DNA of 64,000 nt, taken from Nemertoderma westbladi. Taxonomy: Eukaryota > Animalia > Xenacoelomorpha. The stretch spans positions 1-64,000 of the forward strand of contig JAUCBJ010006658.1 of assembly GCA_032718475.1 (NCBI GenBank), read 5' to 3'. The notes below the pieces were generated by a model. It ran no database searches. It was not told the DNA's origin and saw only the letters and a list, made by a program, of their open reading frames with translations. Below are positions 49,661 through 62,862 of the stretch, in pieces; within the stretch, counting starts at the first letter, position 1; every line of letters begins with the position of its first letter. The translations under genes were made by a program, and so were the position numbers.

Positions 49661-49771
49661 CGTTTAGTGCTTATCCATGCCTTAATAAGTGTTTTCATAG
49701 CACCTAAACATACACAACGCCATTCTACACCAAACGTACACCGATATAGCACTGGATCATTTTTTACTGGG

Positions 49772-50992
49772 CTATTTGACTGTTCCAAAGTCGCAAGGAT
49801 GCCCGGATGTCCGGAAATCCGACCAAAACGTCTGTATTTCCGGGCAAACTGTCCAAATGACTGCCCGGAATTCTGTAAATCCGGGCGTCCATTAAACTTG
49901 TCTGTTCGACTATTTCTCCGTTCTAAAGTCGCCCGGATGTCCAAACGCCCGGGCACTGGAATGCCCGGAAATCCAAAAATCCGGCAAAATGTCCGGATTT
50001 CCGGGCAAAGTTGTCCAAAAATGCCCGGAATTCTGTAAATCCTGGCGTCCATTAAACTTGTCTGTCTGATAATTTGACCGTTCCAAAGTCGCCCGGATCT
50101 CCGGATACACGGGCACTAGAATGCCCGGACATCCAAATATCCGGCAAAATGTCCGGATTTCCGGGCAAAGTTGTCCAAAATACTGCCCGAAATTCCGTAA
50201 ATCCGGGCGTCCATTAAACTTGTCTGTTCGACTATTTGTCCGTTCTAAAGTCGCCCGGATGTCCGGACGCCCGGGCACTGGAATGTCCGGACATCCAAAA
50301 ATCCGGCCAATTTTCCGGATTTCCGGACAAATTTCTCCAAAATACTGCCCGGAATTCCGTAAATATTGGCGTCCATTAAATTGTCTGTCCGACTATTTGT
50401 CCGTTCCTAAGTCGCCCGGAAGCCCGGGCACTGGAATGCCCGGAAATCCAAAAATCCGGCTAAATGTACGGATTTCCGGGCAAAGTTGTCCAAAATACTG
50501 CCCGAAATTCCGTAAATCCGGGCGTCCATTAAACTTTTCTGTTCGACTATTTGTCCGTTCTAAAGTCGCCCGGATGTCCGGACGCCCGGGCACTGTAATG
50601 CCCGGACATCCAAAAATCCGGCAAATTTTCCGGATTTCCGGGCAAATTTCTCCAAAATACTGCCCGGAAATCTGTAAATCCGGGCGTCCATTTAACTTGT
50701 ATGTTCGACTATTTGTCCGTTTCAAAGTCTCCCAGACGTCCGGGCACTAAGATGCCCGGACGTCCTCGAATCCGGCCAAATTACTGTATTTCCGGGCAAA
50801 TTGTCAAAATGACTGCCCGGACATTTGGCAAATGTGGGCGTTCATTAAAATTGTCTGTCCGACTATATGTCCGTTCCAAAGTTGCCCGGATGACGGGCGC
50901 TAGAATGCCCGGAAATTTAGAAATCCTGCAAAAAGCCTGGATTTCCGGGCAAAGTTTTCCAAAATACTGCCCGGAATTCTGTAAATCAGGTA
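49772..50992. repeat. CCGG-rich ~160-bp satellite, right part
   Basis: AAAGTCGCCCGGA recurs about every 155-162 nt. Confidence 0.9.
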
Positions 50993-51006
50993 AATCCGAA
51001 GTAGAA

Positions 51007-51150
51007 GTACAATGTACAAGTACAAGTACAAGTACGAGTACAAGTACGAGTACAAGTACAAGTACAAGTACAAGTACAAGTACGAGTACAAGTACAAGTA
51101 CAAGTCCAAGTACAAGTACAAGTACAAGTACAACTACAAGTACAAGTACC
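51007..51150. repeat. (TACAAG)n hexamer microsatellite
   Basis: More than 20 units with TACGAG variants. Confidence 0.95.
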
Positions 51151-51927
51151 AGTAACCGATACCAATAACCGATATTGATATTGTAATCGACATTGAAACC
51201 AATGGCATTTCATAGCACAGCATATATAATAATAAATTTCGAATAAGGTTATTCTTCATACTGATTCTCAGTTCTGTATATAAATAGAAAGATCAATTTA
51301 CAGTGAATCTAAAGAACTTTAAACCAGCATTTTTCATCCACTTGAACCCAAGATACAGCTATCACAATATACCCATGTCCCACACTATGCATTATTTTCA
51401 AAGAAATAATATCCCGCCCTTCATTAATTCAACAATAGGAATAGTGTTACACACCACCATGTGGCACATTACGAATTTACATCCGACGCTAGAGACGCTA
51501 CGAACAGACGGCCCGGGGGGGGGGGGGGGGGGGGGGGAGTAGCCGCTGGAGACAATTATAAATTATATTAAGTTTAATATTAATATTATATTAAGGACTG
51601 GCCCTTACCATGGTATTGCCATAGTTACTCCATGTTATTCTATGGAGCGATATTGGAAAAAAAACATAATGTCAATTCTGCTATGCCCATTGGCTGCCTT
51701 AGACACATTTTTAAAAGACACTTTCACAAAAATGTCTTTGATTTTCAAAAAACGTCTTTCAGACATTTCTGCAAACTATAATCTTCAAATATTATTGACT
51801 TCAATACCTACACATTTCTGCTGTTAATTAAGTGAAAATATCAAGTATTTTTCTACGTCCTCTTCTTATCCTTTGTTTCACCTAAATAACAGCTAAAAAG
51901 TGAGATTCGCCTTATCTTTCGGAAACT

Positions 51928-53126
51928 TGTACGCGCTTTTGAAGACCTTTAGCAGTTTAACCTGCCAAAATTTATATGTCTTTGGTTTATGTTCAGACTT
52001 TAGAAGATGACAGATATTTAATTCCAATAAACACAACATTAGCCGAAGCCAGCCTAGTGCGCGTCCATTCACCCGCTGGATATTCCCGGGAGACTGGGTT
52101 CGGATGTGGCTTAGTTTTTGTTATTGCAGTGAAGCCTACTGTATTATTCGATTGATCGTTAATAAATAATTCCTGACAAATATTATTCACTTTCGGGAAA
52201 TATTAACAGTTCCTTTAGGACGTGGCGCTCTACCTAAGTAAACAGAGTTATGACTTATACTACACGCAACGGTAAGGCTTATAATTCACGTATAAGGCGC
52301 ATTCTTTAGGAAATGCTTTGTTATCGGTCACAATCATGCACACTACCGGTACCGCACAATACTGCACACTAATCTGCCGACCGTCAATGAATTTGATCAC
52401 ACATAAAGAGAACAGCAATTGACCTATGTAGTGTCTATCAAATAGCATTAGGTTCACTACAAACCACGATAACATAAGTCGCAATTGTTATATATAGCCT
52501 GTCTCTCTAACCTGTAGTGTATCAAGAAAATTGGGAAATTTGGGTTCTTTATAGATGTTCTCCAAATAATAATATTCAACCAACTGATAAACACAACAGT
52601 AAATAGCATTAAGACGGTAGGTTAAGATATAATATGATTAGACTGTATGCTGATTGGGTCGGTTGATAACAGTTATACGTTCTATAATCTAAGCCTACTA
52701 ATGTTTTACTAAAAGTCTGAAACAAGTCATTCCAAAAGCCGATGTTCTGGCGTAGGATGAATAACAACACACACCTCTGTCCCTGTTGCAGGTATCTTTT
52801 ACACAGAGAGGAATAGCTCTCATTGGCAGAACACCAGAATCCACAGGTTCCACGAATGTCTAAATGCCGAACTATCAGGATTTTGGCATCCCTTGGCCAA
52901 CACACAAAATGAGTCACTCCGCTCGGTTGTCCTGGTTGCATACTCTGCTGCTATAGCTCTGGTTGGCCGGTAGAACATAGCAAAGATCCCCTCGTACAGC
53001 AAATCAGCCAATCAGCCGGTCGCTTGTATCATTCGAGTTAGTGAGCCTTTTAGAGTATTCCAGCGCCTGGGGGGAAACTGGATTGCAAAGCAAAAGGGCC
53101 AGTTATATCCCACAGAAGCTTTTACA
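51928..53126 (-). repeat. 3' LTR (1199 bp)
   Basis: TGTACGCG...TTTTACA; the right end is defined by similarity to the solo-LTR end (AAGCCTTTACA) and the adjacent PPT at 53127-53134. Confidence 0.9.
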
Positions 53127-53204
53127 CCGCTCCCAGAAAATGGGATTTAAGTCTATAAAATATACAAAATCACAGTTTCTAATATACGTAAATACTCTAA
53201 ACAG

Positions 53205-54801
53205 TTAGTCTTTCTTACGCGGACGGCGTTTACGCAGTTTTTTTTTTAAAGCTAGCCAGAGTCTTTTTCTCTTTGGGGCGAGCCACTTTACAAGGAGGGC
53301 TATAACTCCTGGGTGAAGGGTGCAATATGATTGCATCAGAGGGTGTAGGATTATGGTCGGTGTATCCGCCAGTCGAAGTGCCGGGTTGATTGACATCAAC
53401 GTCGGGGGAGAGGGGTCTAACGGCCTTGAGAGCGCGTTTTAGGACAGCCGCTCTTACGGGTCCTTTACGAGTGGTCTGAACGAGAGCCGTGGGTGGACCA
53501 TAGGCAGTCAGAAACCACCTGGGTTTAATGGTTCTTTCCAACTCGCGTTCGCGGGCTCGGTATTCGTAAGGCCGTCGATATACTTCCTGTAACTCGGGGT
53601 GTGAGTTAACAAATAAGTCTCCATAGTCCGGGTCCTGACGGATATAATTGATTAAGTTATAGGAATGAAGGTCGCTAGGATTAACACTCCTAAGAAATTT
53701 GCGTACGAATTTGGTTGAAATACATTCTCCGACGCGCTTCAGTAGTTCGTAACTCGATATGCGTGATTTCTGTTCGACAGAAGCGAATAGATAAGGATGG
53801 AACGCATAAACTCCTTAGTAAGCGCGTCCAGGATAATAGCGATGGCACGAATCACAATGTAAATCAGCGTTCGCTTCCCAAGCTCTGATGTAACGTAGTG
53901 TGATCATTTCATCTACGCTTTCCAAATCGTGACCAAAAGGGCAATCGAAACTGGCGTGTCTCTTTAGTTGACAATGGTGACATTGAGTCATAAATTGAGG
54001 GCAAACCGCAAAAATGTGCAAGTTATTGAGTCTGCAATAGGCACAATAAATTTCCATCTCCGGTTGTTCGTGGAAATAGGAACAGCGGACGTTTGTGTCT
54101 TTCAGTTTGTTGGTTAGGTCTAGGGCATTCGTCACAATAATACCAAAGACGTACGTCCTGTAAAGAAAGCGCGGGTGATCGTTCTCCAGTTTTGCAATAT
54201 TTTTCCATTTGTTCAAAAGTATCCGGGATAACAGGTAGTGGACGATCGGCGGTAAGATACATCATAGTGAAATAGAGCCGTTTGAGTTCTACCATAGGGT
54301 CATGATGTATACCTTGAGGATATCGAGTCTCTAGGTTCTGATGACTGGCGATGTTGAGATAGGTTTCTCTCAAAATTCCAGGTAGTCGTTGAAGTCGATG
54401 CGTTTATCCGGTTCTTCAACGTTTTCTCTTTCCAGTCTGTTACGAATAGAATTTTCGTGTTCTATTCTCGGTTTATCGTTACGACTCCGCTGGGTATGAT
54501 ATTTAAATAGAACCATTTCCCTTTCGGTGTCTACATCGTCCGTATCATGTAAATCGATAGGATGGCAGGTAGTTAAGAAGTCCATATACGTACCATTACG
54601 ATGCGTATAGTGAGCGGTAAATTTTCGATAGTCCAGTTTACGCGTAAGTTGCTCTTGGGACATCGGCGGTTCGATATAACGACCATCGCCCTCCGTAATG
54701 GTTGGATCGGCTTCACCGCGTATCAAGCTATCCACAAATGCTTGTAAAGGTAGAGTATATCGCTCCCTGATACCAAGATCATCTTCTATCAACTCCGTCA
54801 T
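53205..54801 (-). pseudogene. Disrupted accessory ORF (~520 codons) in the env position, with two CCHC knuckles and a basic C-terminus
   Basis: ORFs 54801-54370, 54373-, 54216-53815 and 53541-53230 join via two frameshifts and one TAA (the frame stays open from 53814 to 53230); CAYC-x5-H-x4-C and CHHC-x4-H-x4-C; KKKLRKRRPRKK in the adjacent frame. Confidence 0.65.
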
Positions 54802-56474
54802 ATCTGCTATTGGGGTTTATTAATATTATAAAGAGTTTATGTTTAGGCGAGCGGGCGTCGCTGCCTACCTTTCTTTGCCCCCGGACAGTGGGATTCTCAG
54901 CGCCGATGTACCGTCGTCGAGACGCCAACATGTAGCAACAGCACGACAACGATAACCGGCACAAGTCACTCCACTGTCCATCCCAAAGGCTTGAATCCAC
55001 TTTAGGTTCTTTCTATAGGAGAGTTGGGCTACTTTCACAATTGCGACTAGCTACTGTAAACATACTTTAGCAGTAACATTCACCTATAAACGCACAAATT
55101 CCACACAACTGTAACCAATTGTACACATACAGGCCATTTGTCCGTTAGTCAGTGCCTTCCAGAATGTCACGTTATTACTGTGTATCCTTGGATACTAACA
55201 GTGTACTACGTATTCTCTATGCTAGGCAATGGGACAAGCTTTCTATTGTTCTTTTAATTTGCTTCTAATTCTAGCGTGGGTGTTGCTATGGTGACATTAT
55301 GGAAAGCTAGCGGTAGAATTAGGGTAATTCCAATGCATACAGATCTGGAATGCTATTTAATAGTAATTCTTTAATTGTCAATATCCTCTTTATGTATGAT
55401 TTTATTAATTTTATCGGCTATTGACTATAAGTTGGAGATTCTCGCACTCTAATACACTCAATAGGATGGATCTCCGCTCCCATGATCTATTAATTAATGG
55501 AATTTTGGGAATGTTATAAATTGCACAAATGACAATTTATGAAATTCATTTAAGATATGAATTTAAATTTATTCCCGTGAATTTTATTATTTGATGGTAA
55601 AATTGACACAATTTTATTCCAGAGCATGTCTGGGGACCTAGGATCCTTAATGCTGTAAAATTGTCTTTTAAGAGTATCGGTAAGTGCTACGATATCTTAA
55701 TTGACTAGAAATTTTAAAGGATCTAAATTTTACAGATTTTAATAAATATTAAATTAATATTTAAGATGGGCACCGATTTATTCCAGAACTTGTCTGGGGA
55801 CGTTAACCACTGATTCTAGAATTTGTCTTTCAAGTATATACTTGTCTGGGGACGTTAACCACTGATTCTAGAATTTGTCTTTCAAGTATATCGGTGGGTG
55901 CCGCGATATCTTAATCGACTAGAATTACAGATGGTCAAAAGGTTTAACAGATTTATTTGCGTTTTACGCTACTGTTATAGGGACATCACGCTACTATATG
56001 TATTATTTAATATAAAGTAGAAGAGCAATATCGCACGAAGCAATGTCAGTATGAAGAGGCAAGTCGTTTCCAAGGTCTACCCAGAGCTTGGTTTAGCCGA
56101 GACACGAGGATCTGAACTTTGCATTCCTAATACTCTGCCTACCAATAATACTTAAGTATAGTAGGAGCTTTATTGTACTTTAATAAGTACGGACATTTCA
56201 TCTTACTGTAGTCACGTATTTATAATATGATACGGACAGTAAGGAAAGAGAAAAAATAATTATTTCTCGCCGTCGCACTAAATATATTATAAGTAATTAC
56301 GTACGTAATAAACACTAATATATTGCACTAATCTACTAAATAATCACTAAAATAACATTCTACTAAATAAAATTAAAGGAAACGATTATAATAAAATTAC
56401 ATAATAATACATACATAAATATAAAATAAAAGCAAATATAAAATGATATAGTCACACACCCACTCCATATGTTA

Positions 56475-59400
56475 TTACGTTATGGAGTCCCTAGATATTT
56501 GTCGGATTAGGGAAGTGGTCGTAGGAAGAGTATCTTGCCTTCCATAGTTTCCGGACAGTTTTCGGTCTCTTTCCAGTAAACATAAACGACCAGCTGGGCG
56601 ATTGAGTTGTTGTGTTACTTTCTCCGCTCCCTTGGCCTGTCTAATCTCCGCCGTGGTAAGATGAGGAGGCCATTCTTCTTCTTCTTTACTTAAGAAGTCG
56701 GATCCACCTAACCAGCCTGGAGTATCTATCAGTTCTTGAGGAGTTGCTCCTCTGGAAGCGATGTCGGCTGGATTAATCGTCCCAAGGCAATGTCTCCATT
56801 GATCTACATTGAAGTTAATATCGTCATTATCTGAGGAGTATGGTGTTCCCTCAGTTAGTTCGTCCACCTCACTGCTCTCCACTTCCCATTCCCTTACTTG
56901 GTATACCTGTTGTTGAGGTAATCTCTCTTTGAGAGTTCTACGGGAAGGGCCAGTGAAGTACCAACCTACTCTAGTTCTTACCGCATAGGTTTGTAGTGGC
57001 TGTGGTTGAGCAGGCCGTTTCTCCAATGTCTCTAGCGCCTCATGCACGTTTTGGCCGATGAGTATTTGCACTCCAGGATAATCTGTGTGGAATCGAGGTA
57101 TCTTAAGATGTTGGATGCTCTCATCCTCGTCCCAATTATAAAGGTCTGCTTGGGTAGTAGCGAAGTTCTTTATAGCCACCATTTTTACCGACCTTATACC
57201 TTGTGCTCCTAATTTATCCTGGGGGGTGGACAACACACCTACATAGTAGTCTGCCGTTAGGGTAGATTTCCAAACCTGCATAATTCCTGACATATTCAAT
57301 TTAGTCCGGAATTTGGGTTGTCCAGCAAAGATATCTTCGGCTAGTTCTTGATCGATGAATGTTCTTGTGCTGCCGGAGTCAAGGAGGGCGTTCACTATGT
57401 AACTTTTGTTAGGACCATGAACTCTTACCTGCACTACAGGTAATTCTCTGATTCCTACGTTGGAAGTTGGAGCTTTCCAAGATGGTTGTCTGGCAAAAGT
57501 AGTTGGGGGGAACTCATTGTCGGTGTCCTTTTCATAAGTAAGTGCTCGATACACCGCGGTATTGATTAGGTAACAGGATTCATTGGCGTCGGAAAATTCG
57601 TCCGTATAGAATCCTTCCATCTCAGATTCTTGATCAGTGTCATTTACATCACTGAATTGGACATGTAGTTCGGGCTCACTTACCTGACTCGGGTTGTTTC
57701 GTTCGAATTCACTGTGTAACAAGATGTGATGTTTCGCACCGCACTTTGCACACTTTACGTCGGAGTAACAGGTTCCCCGTTGGTGTCCTTCTCTGAGGCA
57801 ATTATAGCATAACCGCTTATCCCACATGACTTCACGTCTGTCTACCAGGGATTTCTTTAGGAATTCAGCACACACACTCAAACGGTGGGGCCCGTCGCAC
57901 AGCGCACATTTTGGTTTGATGTTACTCACTTTACCTTGGGTAACGTTATGCACTCTCGCTCTTTCTTCGGGCTTTCTTCCGTGAATTCTCTTAGGAGACG
58001 TAGGAGGAGTTGTTGTTACCTGTTCTCTCCTGTCACTGGTTCGAGACTTATATTTACTTACGTCTTTATAGGTCTTGTTGTCATAGTAAGATTTTGCTGT
58101 GTCTTTCCCGCTGTCCTCTTCTCGAGAAGCTTGGCTTTCGCCGTCGTCAGTATAACACACTGGTGTTACCCTTCTCCTAGAAACGGGTTTCTCACTTACC
58201 TTATTTTCCGATGTTTTCTCTCTGGACTGCTTTATGAGTTGTAATTTTACTTCACTATCTAAGAAGGACATGAGATCAGCCATGGTAGGGCCTCGTCGTT
58301 GCTGCTCATTCATATAGAACACTTGCTTGTCCCAGCGTGTACATACTCCACCCTTTGGTAAAGTAGAGACTACGGCTCCAATAACCATGGAACTCTGATA
58401 TTCATGAGACTTACCTAACCAGTCCAATTGTCTACAGATCTCCTGAATCTCATCGGAAAACTCTATAATCCCGCTACTAAGGAACTTTCGGGGGGCTACT
58501 AATTTTGCATACAAATACTTAGCTATGTTATCCTTGTTACCATACCTGATGTTTAATGTATCCCAAACTTGTCTTAATCCATCTGGATGTCCAATAAACT
58601 TTAACGCCATTAACTTGGGAGGTCCTTCCAAGCACTTGATGAGGAATCTAAGTTTCTCTCCGTTAGATAGTACAGAGTTCTGTATGCTATATTTGTAATA
58701 TTCATTGAAAGGTAACCATTTCATCTCATCTCCATTGAATTTGACGATTTCTCCCACTTTGACCGCTTGGCGGGCTTCTGTTCTAGCCATCTGACGCGTA
58801 AAGCTTTCTTGGGCCATCGTGTTATTTAATATCGAATTATCGGTATATAAATTTCCCGGATTATTATCAGGTCTATAGGGAATATCATTAACAACAGGTT
58901 CATAATCACCCTTAATAGGGTTTGCTATAGGAGTTTCTACTTCACTAGCAGTATAGATGCGTGTAGGCTCCACACCTTGCGCATGTAATACTTCAGACCT
59001 AACAGGTTGACACAATGTTACAGGGGGTATTGGTATACCCTTTTGTATATTGACTAAGTTGTGCGTTCTAGCGCGATACTTTGCTGCACTTCTTGCAATT
59101 CTACCCTACTTTCCCTTAATGTTCCCTTGAGTTGGTGGACAGTCTCCTGCATCTGTCCGAGCAGGAGATTCATCCCCCGTCGTCCCTCCTCTACCCACTC
59201 GACCGCCAAAGCGTGAGTCGCCAACATTGTAGCGGGCAGACGCGGGACGACGGGAGACAAATCTTTGATTTCTCTCTCAGCGTCCAGGACAGGGATATTC
59301 TCATGGACTGTTCTACCGGGTACAGGCAGTGTAGTACTGTGTAAAGGGAATTTAGAGTTAAGCTCTGGAAGTACAGGGGTCTCTAGCACAGGAGTGGCTT

Positions 59401-60592
59401 TGGGAACGACAGGCCTAATTATTTCAGGCTCATCAACAATGGTAGGGAGTCTTTTGACCTTAATAATTTGGTCTGTGGGTTCTTTACTACCTAAGTCTGT
59501 GCTAGCTAGTTGTCTTCTAACCGCTGGGGGCAAATCAGGCAATTTGTGACGGTGAGATGTTTTTCTACGCCTGCTTAGACGAGATCTATTTCCTCTGCCT
59601 TCAGGATCTGTAGTCTCGCCTTCTTCCGATGATGTGTATTCTTGGCGTTTGGGAGTAGATCGACTCATCATCTGCATTTGACTAGCAGTTAACTGTTTAT
59701 TTATGCAGTCTTGCGTCTCTTGCAGATTTTCCAACTCCAGTTGGGTAGTCTCCTCAGACGCTCTCCGTTCTGCTTCTGCCACTGCCTTTGCCGCATTTCT
59801 TTCCGCTTCTGCTTCTGCCATTGCCGCTGCCGCCTTTCTTTCCACTTCTGCTTCTGCCATTGCCGCTGCTACTGCTGCTGCCTTTCGGTCCTCTATCTGT
59901 TTTTTCTTTATTTGTTCTTCTTGGACTCTAACGAGGTGGAGTTTTTCATCAAATTTAGCTTGGTTTGCAGCTAACATTTCCGCATCGATTGCGTCCAACA
60001 CAAGCTTGGTTCCTTCACTATTAGGGCGAAGTCCAGACAGTCATCTCCTCAACTCTTCGTCTCCTAGGAATCGCTGATAGTCTGACAGATAGATGTCAAT
60101 GGCGTCTCTAGTTTGCGGCTTCTCTGCTGCTGTTAATTCGCTTTCCACTTCGCTTTCCACTTCGCTTTCCACTTGAGAAGAAGTGGCGTCAGTTGATTCT
60201 TCATAGGTTGGCCACTCATCATAAACCGTATCCGCCATCTTCGCTCCGCGTTCGGGCGTCCGCTCAACAGTATCCGAACTACTGGAGCTATCGGGCCGCT
60301 GAGAACTAGGTTCTTGGCTAGGAGGTTGCTGCTGTTTGATAGCTGCTTCTTGATCCCGCTTGACTTGGGCCCGAGTGCCGATGATAGACCTACGCTGTTC
60401 TACTAGCCTAGGGTCTGACACTACTACTGTAGGGATGGCCTTTCTTACAATAGTAGGTGACTTAGACTTGGATCTAGGATGTTCTATACTTTGATCTTGG
60501 TCACAGATCCTTTTAATACGCTGTCTAAGTCTAATACTCATTCTAACACTTTCTAAGATACTATCTGACAGTGATTTGGTTGCGTCTGACAT
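56475..60592 (-). pseudogene. BEL/Pao gag-protease polyprotein with pol deleted; one premature stop (60041-60043) and one frameshift (~59055); 846-aa open segment 59015-56475
   Basis: DUF1759-like KFNGD..W..F..LSNGEKLRFL..LEG..RYG; triple knuckle CALC..H..C, CYNC..GH..C, CAKC..HHILLH; protease ALLDSGS..ILIG..TRVGW..GP; remnants WRHCLGTINPADIASRG and RPAGRLCLLE. Confidence 0.92.
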
Positions 60593-61974
60593 GTTTGTTT
60601 ACACAGTTGAATGCCTACGGCTATAAATACAGTTAAAGTAAGTCTAGTAATTCAGTATCACTGTTAGCCTAATAATTAATTACCGATACTGCTACTCAGT
60701 GTAGCGTGATATATATATAATATATTAGAATACCAGTATGCTTATAGTATATATATAAGTATTATTACAGACTAGATTTGTCACAGAGTACCGGTATATA
60801 ATTTTAGCACAAATATATATAAATATATAATAGGCCTATCGTGAATACCGGTATACAGCTGACACTTATAGTATATATAAGTATAATTATTACAGACTAG
60901 AATTAATTACAGAATACCGGTATGATTTCAGCCTAAATTTATAGAATAAATATAAAAAGCCTATTGTAAATACCGGTATGTCAATTATTTTAAAAATAAT
61001 TGAATTTCTGAATGTTAGGGGTTACTTGGTTACTTTACTAACTCTATTACCGTTATTTAAGCAGCAGTCCAACTGATATTAAGACCTAAGTGTTGTATAA
61101 CAGGCCTACTATTTTATTAATAGATTTAGTGGATTTATATGTACCCGTATGAGGGGTTTTGTTACAATATTGAAATAGCTGTTATTATTTCTGGGAAATA
61201 ATCACTACACAGAAGCTGTGCGCTCTCAGTGAAGTGCTACTTATTGGACACTAAAACAAATAATTCTACTTCCTAAGTTACTTATCTACGAATTACTTAC
61301 GATACGGGTGAGATTAAATCTCTAAATAAACACAAAAAATTACAAAAAAAACACAAATACGAATTTTTAGGGTAATTTTACAAGAAGTCTACAAACCAGC
61401 CTAACAAAGGGTTAGAAATCTGGTTATTACAAACGGACAGGATACTACGGTATTTGAAAATAATAAGTAGTAGTAAATACACTGCGTTGTCCAGATAGGA
61501 AAATACCACCGCCTGACGACCTATAGCCGTATCGCTATAGGTACTACGTTATGTATCACGGAGTGTCCCTACCTAGAAGTTAATTACCGCGGTCTACCAG
61601 AACCAACGTGCCTATTAACCACTTTACAACACAAATATACTGCCTACACACTAATTACCTTCGGAAAGCACTGTACACTAAACCCTAAATTAGGTACAAA
61701 TACTGGTACAACAAATAATCAGTAGTTAAAAATACTTGAACAGCTAAAAGAACCACGGCATCTGCTGGAGCGACCGGAGCACAAAGTCACCAGTCTTTAC
61801 CTACGCCAAGCAGCCCGTGTAGTACCGGGGTTAATTTAACTATAGCGGTATATATAACAAGCACAATTACTGTAGGAATAAACTTGGGGACATGAATGTT
61901 GCGAATAATCGCATAAACTCTGAATAATAAATATTACGCTACCCGTACAGAATACTCAAACAAAATACAAACCA

Positions 61975-62500
61975 AACGCTGGCAGACTACCACCAAGCCT
62001 AAATAAACTACAGTATGTGCAGATTCTGAAATGGTTAGTTAGTATGCGTTCTAACACGGTAGTACGACTTATTCTTTAGGAGGGGGTTGACCTTACACTC
62101 AAGTTGCCCCAACTTACTAACTGGCACTTTATCAGACAAACTCTACACACGCAGCAATCTCTTCAGACCTAATAACAGCCAGACAACAATCCAGCCTACA
62201 AAATATCTGAGTAATAACTATTACGGTACCTGAACAGACCACACAAACAAACACAGACTAAAAAGCTGGCAGACTACTATCAAGCCTAAATAAACTACAG
62301 TATATGCAGATTCCAAAACAGTTAGTTAGTATGCGTTCTAACACGGTAGTACGACTTATTCTTTAAGAGGGGGTTGACCTTACAACTTAAAATGCCCCAA
62401 CTTACTAACTGGCACTTTATTGGACAGACTCTACATACGCCGCAATCTCTCCAGACTCAACAAAAGTCAGACAGCAATCCAGCCTACAATTATCTGAACA
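61975..62500. repeat. Two ~230-bp direct repeats in the long 5' UTR of the BEL element
   Basis: GCTGGCAGACTAC..CAAGCCTAAATAAACTACAGTAT...CAATCCAGCCTACAA at ~61978 and ~62265. Confidence 0.85.
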
Positions 62501-62862
62501 ATCTGAGCAGACTCACACGTCTTCAGCTCAATATTAACTTACATGTAAATAAAACCGACAGAAATAAGTAAGCTCCAAAAGAAACAAGGGGTGTACAGTC
62601 CCTAATCTCTTAAACAGCCTACCGGTATGCAATAATCAAAATCGAATAATACTAATGTACTTATACTGGAAGTACCGGTTAGGACAGTTGGGCCTACGGA
62701 CCTACAGAAGTACCGGTTCTGGCAGTTGGACCTACGGACCTACAGCAGTACCGGTTCTGGCAGTTGGGCCTACTGACCTACAGAAGTACCGGTTCAGGTT
62801 TACCGGTCGACCGGTACTTTCAACTTTATTGCTTACTGCAATAAAGAAGCAATAACTGTTAT

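Larger units (their letters stand above)
45159..49771 (-). mobile_element. Internally deleted CMC/EnSpm (CACTA-related) DNA transposon
   Basis: TIRs CCCAGTAAAAAATG (14 bp perfect, ~22 imperfect); 2-bp TSD CT; the satellite monomer resumes in register across the insertion; transposase remnant inside. Confidence 0.88.

Noticed and set aside
48802-50052. 416-aa ORF as a single gene
   Set aside because: A chance fusion of satellite, TIR, transposase remnant and the inserted element's (GAC)n tract.
54360-54385. Programmed -1 frameshift in the accessory ORF
   Set aside because: No canonical slippery heptamer; loss of one T from a T run explains it more simply.
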